Source of the DNA: Bacillales bacterium
GTDB lineage: Bacteria; Bacillota; Bacilli; Bacillales; DASSOY01
NCBI GenBank assembly: GCA_036381575.1
Contig: DASVCO010000044.1
Span: forward strand, 1-53,458
Length of the DNA: 53,458 nt
Direction of reading: 5' to 3'
Shown here: positions 48,728 through 53,458 of the stretch, piece by piece
Layout of the letters: every line of letters begins with the position of its first letter
Numbering within the stretch: position 1 is the stretch's first letter
Translations under genes and position numbers: made by a program
Notes under the pieces: model-generated
What the model was told of the DNA's origin: nothing
What the model saw: the letters and a program-made list of their open reading frames with translations, nothing else
Databases searched by the model: none

Positions 48728-49651
48728 TCAAGCATGATTTTCTTTTGGTTTCGAACTCACGTGTTTCAAGGCTCTCGCTTTCCATATGGCCCATAATTGC
48801 GCCGCAATGAAAATCGACGAATAGGTTCCGGCAACAAGGCCAACTGTCAAGGCAAACGCAAAGTTGCGAATGGCTTCATTTCCGAAAATCAGAAGCGCAA
48901 GGGCAGCGATCACCACTGTCAAAACTGTATTAATGGAACGGGCCAATGTCTGATAAATACTTTGATTGACGATGTTTGATAAATCGGAAAAACCTCGAAT
49001 CCGTTTGGTTAAGTTCATGTTTTCACGGATACGGTCAAACAATACGATCGTATCATTAATAGAATAACCGACAATTGTCAAAACTGCAGCTACAAATTCT
49101 ATGCTCACTGTGAACTGCAGTAAGCTGAATACGGCAATTATGAAGAAGGAATCGTGCAGCAAGGCGACAATAGCTGCCAATCCTTGCAGAATTTCAAAAC
49201 GAATCCATACATAGATAACAATCCCAATGGAAGCAATCGCTACAGCAAGGATCGCATTCTTTGCTAAATCGCGGCCGACCTGAGGCGATACTGTACTAAT
49301 GGCCGGAGCTTCACCGTATACTTCATTAAAATGCTGCTTGGCCTTGATGACCTGATCCTGCTCCAGCTCAGTGTCAAAACGCGCAGAGGCAATATTCTGC
49401 TTCTCCCCCTTAAGAACGATCTTGACCGGATCAAGGTTGATGGCCTCGAACTCCTGCTGTAATTTATCTACTGAAATAGGATGATCGGCATGAATCCTGA
49501 TCCTTGTACCAGCTGTGAAATCAATCCCCAGGTTCAATCCTTTGATAAACAGAACCCCAAACCCGACTACGATAAGGACAAGGGAAAAAATAAAAAATTT
49601 GTTTCGTTTTTCAACAAAATTGAATTTTGCTTTTTTATAATCAAAGCTCAC
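48728..49651 (-). CDS. secF: Protein translocase subunit SecF
   Basis: Six-TM SecF pattern (GLNLGIDFTAGT, VVGYSINDTIVLFDRIREN). The GTG start is preceded by AAGGAGAAGGA. Confidence 0.9.
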   Translation of the reverse strand: MSFDYKKAKFNFVEKRNKFFIFSLVLIVVGFGVLFIKGLNLGIDFTAGTRIRIHADHPISVDKLQQEFEAINLDPVKIVLKGEKQNIASARFDTELEQDQVIKAKQHFNEVYGEAPAISTVSPQVGRDLAKNAILAVAIASIGIVIYVWIRFEILQGLAAIVALLHDSFFIIAVFSLLQFTVSIEFVAAVLTIVGYSINDTIVLFDRIRENMNLTKRIRGFSDLSNIVNQSIYQTLARSINTVLTVVIAALALLIFGNEAIRNFAFALTVGLVAGTYSSIFIAAQLWAIWKARALKHVSSKPKENHA

Positions 49652-50927
49652 TGATATCCTTCTCCTTTACGCCAAAGTAGCCGGGTTTCCTGTCCAAATA
49701 ACGGCTTTTCACCCAGAATCCGAGCATGACCCTTGTCCCGTATACGGCAGTAATGAAACTGGCAAGAATACTGACAATCAACATGACCGCGAAACCTTTA
49801 ACAGAGCTGTTCCCGAAAGCATACAAAACGGCAGCAGCCAAAATTGTGGTCAGGTTCGCATCCAAGATGGTAACGAACGAACGACGAGTTCCGGATTTGA
49901 AAGCCGACAAAATCGATTTCCCGGAACGGATTTCTTCCTTAATCCGCTCGTAGGTAATAACGTTGGCGTCAACCGCCATGCCGACCCCGAGGACAAATGC
50001 TGCAATACCCGACAACGTCAGAACGGCATTCATCCAATCATATACAACCAACACCAAATACATATAAGCACAAAGCGTAATGACTGCGATGATGCCAGGG
50101 AAACGATAATATATCATCATAAACAGAAAGATCAACACGACCCCGATCGCACTGGCAAACAATGTTTCTTGAAGGGCATTTTGACCGAATTGCGCCCCGA
50201 CGGAGTTGGAGTAAACTTCCTCCAAATCAACCGGCAATGCACCGGCATTCAATAACTTCGCCAGTTCCTTTGCTTCCTCAAGCGAGTCCATTCCGGTAAT
50301 AATTGCTTCCTCTCTTAAGACGCTCTGGACGACCGGAGCTGATATTAAATGGGTTTTCTCATCCGGTTTACTAAGCGCTTTTTCGAGGGAATCCCCTTTT
50401 TCATAATCAAGCCAGATTGCCATTCTTTTATGCAGCAGTCTCTTGGTAACCTTGGCAAAGTGATCGCCATTTTTCACCTTTAACACGACAACCGGGTTTC
50501 CATTTACGAAACTCACCTTCGCCTCACCCGGAACAAGATCTGAACCATCCAGTACCTTTTCTCCATCCGCAGTACGGAAACTCAAACGCGCCTCGGTGGA
50601 TAGAAGCTTTCTTGCCTTGCTCGGTTTCTTCACGCCCGCTAATTGAACACGAATGCGATGGCCGCTTTCAATACTGATTTTCGGTTCGGCAACGCCGATG
50701 GCGCTGATACGCTGCTGCAAAGCCGCTACTGTGCTTTGCATGACATCATCGGTGATTTTCTGGCTTTTTTTCGCGGGTTCCACCTTGTACAGAACTTCAA
50801 ACCCGCCCTGCAAATCCAGGCCCAGCTTAATATTCTTGATGGTTCCCGTTGCCGTAAATCCGATCAGCGCCGCGAGCGCCAATAAAATAATAAAAAAGGC
50901 AATAATATTACCTTTCTTTCTCTTCAT
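49641..50927 (-). CDS. secD: Protein translocase subunit SecD
   Basis: LGLDLQGG, a periplasmic domain, and the C-terminal RND-like TM bundle (GMAVDANVITYERIKEE). GGGGGA precedes the ATG. Confidence 0.9.
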   Translation of the reverse strand: MKRKKGNIIAFFIILLALAALIGFTATGTIKNIKLGLDLQGGFEVLYKVEPAKKSQKITDDVMQSTVAALQQRISAIGVAEPKISIESGHRIRVQLAGVKKPSKARKLLSTEARLSFRTADGEKVLDGSDLVPGEAKVSFVNGNPVVVLKVKNGDHFAKVTKRLLHKRMAIWLDYEKGDSLEKALSKPDEKTHLISAPVVQSVLREEAIITGMDSLEEAKELAKLLNAGALPVDLEEVYSNSVGAQFGQNALQETLFASAIGVVLIFLFMMIYYRFPGIIAVITLCAYMYLVLVVYDWMNAVLTLSGIAAFVLGVGMAVDANVITYERIKEEIRSGKSILSAFKSGTRRSFVTILDANLTTILAAAVLYAFGNSSVKGFAVMLIVSILASFITAVYGTRVMLGFWVKSRYLDRKPGYFGVKEKDISEL

Positions 50928-50996
50928 ATGTATGATCCCCCTTCATGTTGCCCCAAAACACTTTCTTCCGAAAACTCACATAAGACCATTATATTT

Positions 50997-51308
50997 TCAT
51001 GTCGAAGGCTCGTCAAATTCATTCAGGTTTAACGGTTTGTCCCCCGCAAACCAATCGGGTCCCTTCAAGCTTTCCATCCTGAGCCGATTCATGTAATCAT
51101 TCAACGACAAACCGATCAGTTCATCGACAAACCGATGCAAACGTACGGATTCGTCCGCGTATTTCTTTTTCACTTGTCCGACCGCACATTTCCAGATTTC
51201 TTCACGATCTGCTTCACCGTACCCAAGCAATTCAAATTCGTCCGCTTTGATTTCGAGCACCGGAAGGAGCTTCTGTTTCCATTCTTCGTACCCGGTTGTA
51301 TCGGTCAT
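50997..51308 (-). CDS. comN: Post-transcriptional regulator ComN/YrzD-like
   Basis: The 103-aa size, the position directly upstream of secD as in B. subtilis yrzD, and the F.LLGY....EIW pattern. GGGGTGA precedes the ATG. Confidence 0.65.
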   Translation of the reverse strand: MTDTTGYEEWKQKLLPVLEIKADEFELLGYGEADREEIWKCAVGQVKKKYADESVRLHRFVDELIGLSLNDYMNRLRMESLKGPDWFAGDKPLNLNEFDEPST

Positions 51309-51602
51309 CCTATCACCCCGCTCTTATTCTACCACTTTCCGCAACATATTTGTCCAAATTCAGATAAATTGCTTTACTCCTCGCCAAATCTGCCATCAAA
51401 TCCATAAAACAACCGGATGACAGTCCGTCCAGAATACTTGTCATGCTTTGTCCAACCCGGGGCATATACATAGAGCAAATGGAGAAGGCATTCGGCTGCG
51501 TCCGGAACTTGGAATCAAAACCCGGATGAAGATGCAACTAAAGCCAATGACTTATTTTGGTTTTCGGCCTCTTACTTCTGACCCCTGGAAAGGCAGGTTA
51601 TT

Positions 51603-53159
51603 ATGGCAAAACAGACATTCATCAAAGGAACCATGATCCTCATTTTTGCAGGGTTGATTGTGAAAATTCTCGGCTTTATCAATAAAGTGATCGTCGTCCG
51701 TATTATCGGCGGAGAAGCCTACGGCTTAGTCACTATGGCATTTCCGACCTTGATCTTAATAGTTACACTCACACAATTGGGGTTGCCCGTCGCTATTTCC
51801 AAAATGGTATCAGAAGCCGAATCACTTGGAGATCGCGAGAAAATCAAGCGAATTCTGGTCATTTCCCTGACCACTACAGGTGTTCTCAGCATCGTTTTTA
51901 CAACAGCAATGGTTCTTCTGGTTCCGCCATTAGCTCACATTATTTTCACCGACGACCGAGTGATGTATCCGTTATTGGCAATCTCGCCCATCGTCCCGAT
52001 TGTCGCCCTATCCTCCGTTCTCCGGGGGTATTTTCAGGGCCGGCAACAAATGGGCCCTATCGGCTTTTCGCAAATTATTGAACAGATTGTCAGGGTTTCT
52101 TTTTCAGCATTGCTTGCAACGGCACTTCTGCCGTATGGCATTGCTTTCGCCGCGGCAGGAGCCATAATAGCCAATGTCCTTGGTGAACTCGGTTCATTGC
52201 TGTACATGTTTACGACATTTAAACTTAACAAAAAAATCAAAATCCGCAACGGGTTTTGGAAATATGTCAAAGGCGGCCGCCAAACCTTCAATGACTTAAT
52301 GGAGGTGGCTCTCCCCGCAACAGGAAGCCGCTTGATTGGCTCGCTTTCTTATTTCTTCGAACCGATTGTTATTGCCCGAAGCTTAATGATCGCCGGGATT
52401 TCCACACAAACCGCAACCACTATGTACGGGGAACTGGCGGGACTGGCCCTTGCCTTCCTGACCCTTCCGTCTTTTATCACTTACTCCCTGTCGGTCTCTC
52501 TTGTTCCGACAATCAGTGAGGCAGCGGCTCGAAACCGATATGACATCATACATTACCGGCTTCATCAAGCCTTGAAAATATCGATGGTAACCGGCGGGCT
52601 CGCCGTTGTCGTCACTTACATTTTTGCGGGGCCGCTTATGAAAATTATGTACGACGCCCCTCACGTTGCCGTTTACGTAAAGCTAATGGCGCCGTTTTTC
52701 TTTATTTTTTATTTTCAGAGCCCGTTACAGGCAGCTCTGCAGGCATTAAACCATGCCCGGGCAGCTATGATGAACACCGTTTTCGGGGCTGTCATCAAAA
52801 TAGCGGTGATTTTCATATTTGCTTCCCAGTTTGGCATTATCGGGGCTGCTCTTGGTTTTGTGGTCAATGTGGTGCTTGTAACAATGCTTCATTTCGCAAC
52901 AGTTGTGAAGTCAGTCGGATTCACCCTGATTTTCCGCGACTATGCAAAGGGATTGTTATGTATTGCTGCAACGGCGCTTTTTGCTTCATTTATTCAAAAA
53001 AACACATTGCCGTCAATTTCCCTCGCTCCGAAAACAGGGCTCCTGATCTCTGCAGTCATCTTATTTTATATCATATTAATTGCAGTGGCAGGACTAATTA
53101 AGAAAGATGAAGTGGCTCAAATCCCGATTATCGGGCGATGGACTTCCAAATGGCTTTAA
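51603..53159 (+). CDS. spoVB: Stage V sporulation protein B (MOP/MurJ-like flippase family)
   Basis: The N-terminus MAKQTFIKGTMILIFAGLIVKILGFINKVIVVRIIGGEAYGL is close to B. subtilis SpoVB. The product has about 14 TM segments. Confidence 0.88.
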   Translation: MAKQTFIKGTMILIFAGLIVKILGFINKVIVVRIIGGEAYGLVTMAFPTLILIVTLTQLGLPVAISKMVSEAESLGDREKIKRILVISLTTTGVLSIVFTTAMVLLVPPLAHIIFTDDRVMYPLLAISPIVPIVALSSVLRGYFQGRQQMGPIGFSQIIEQIVRVSFSALLATALLPYGIAFAAAGAIIANVLGELGSLLYMFTTFKLNKKIKIRNGFWKYVKGGRQTFNDLMEVALPATGSRLIGSLSYFFEPIVIARSLMIAGISTQTATTMYGELAGLALAFLTLPSFITYSLSVSLVPTISEAAARNRYDIIHYRLHQALKISMVTGGLAVVVTYIFAGPLMKIMYDAPHVAVYVKLMAPFFFIFYFQSPLQAALQALNHARAAMMNTVFGAVIKIAVIFIFASQFGIIGAALGFVVNVVLVTMLHFATVVKSVGFTLIFRDYAKGLLCIAATALFASFIQKNTLPSISLAPKTGLLISAVILFYIILIAVAGLIKKDEVAQIPIIGRWTSKWL

Positions 53160-53320
53160 AAAAACAAAAGCTGTTTTTTGGGGACAGCCTGTAGGGGCAC
53201 AGCTTAAGGCGAGGCATCGTCGAATTAACCCCTGTTGCAAACCTGCTATAAACGTGGAAAGTACTCCTTTGTGACACGGATATCACGCCTTAAAAAAGAC
53301 TGTGATATCCGCGGGTGATT

Positions 53321-53458
53321 CTAGATTTCATCTTTCAAATCGATGTAAAAAGTCCCGTCCGGCTTCATTTCGCAATACGAGATGTTTTTAATATCCTTAT
53401 AGCCGAGCATTCGTAACTGTTGCCTAAGCCAAAGCGGGGTTTGATGTATACGATCAAG
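53321..53458 (-). CDS. C-terminal fragment of a DUF421 (YetF/YrbG-like) membrane protein; the gene continues beyond the window
   Basis: The minus-strand frame reads LDRIHQTPLWLRQQLRMLGYKDIKNISYCEMKPDGTFYIDLKDEI-stop. The LRQQG..D...V.Y...E.nG.l-type ending is typical of DUF421. In B. subtilis yrbG follows spoVB. Confidence 0.5.
   Translation of the reverse strand, partial: LDRIHQTPLWLRQQLRMLGYKDIKNISYCEMKPDGTFYIDLKDEI

Noticed and set aside
51313-51537. 74-aa minus-strand ORF between spoVB and comN
   Set aside because: No convincing SD precedes any of its ATGs and I recognise no family. It lies in the divergent promoter region. I cannot fully exclude a small protein, for example a yrzE-like one.

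Overview
This is a chromosomal segment from an endospore-forming Bacillaceae-type Firmicute. It is largely syntenic with the Bacillus subtilis yrh/yrr/yrv region. Gene order: an uninterrupted sigK; yrhC-like genes; mccB-mccA; an SAH-recycling pair; yrrT, yrrS, pbpI, greA, mltG, yrzB, ruvX, yrzL; alaS with a T-box; yrrI, recD2, yrrB, mnmA, iscS, cymR, rarA; 6S RNA; aspS-hisS with a T-box; yrvJ; dtd-relA-apt-recJ-yrvD-secF-secD-comN; spoVB. Most genes lie on the minus strand. Two regions fall outside this conserved backbone. (1) At 3.1-5.3 kb there is a stand-alone two-gene operon. It encodes a MotA/ExbB-type channel protein with a roughly 300-aa coiled-coil tail and a MotB/OmpA-type peptidoglycan-anchored partner. 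This is ZorA/ZorB-like architecture, but no flagellar genes and no Zorya effector genes are present. I consider it the best candidate for an undescribed system. (2) At about 36.5-42.1 kb a visibly AT-rich island sits between yrvJ and dtd. It carries a degraded IS transposase, a DUF4362-like lipoprotein, a prodomain-less matrixin-type metalloprotease co-transcribed with an unknown secreted protein (possibly TIMP/OB-fold-like), an orphan LuxR-type response regulator, a second amidase 3' remnant, and decayed toxin-antitoxin modules. Non-coding features found by reading the sequence: two T-box leaders, a 6S RNA with its promoter and terminator, a 20-bp-period GATC-containing tandem repeat between relA and dtd, a dispersed intergenic repeat family (one copy inside the alaS leader), several long inverted repeats, and tandem micro-ORFs with canonical Shine-Dalgarno sites. 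All family assignments come from motif and synteny recognition by eye. No database search was run.
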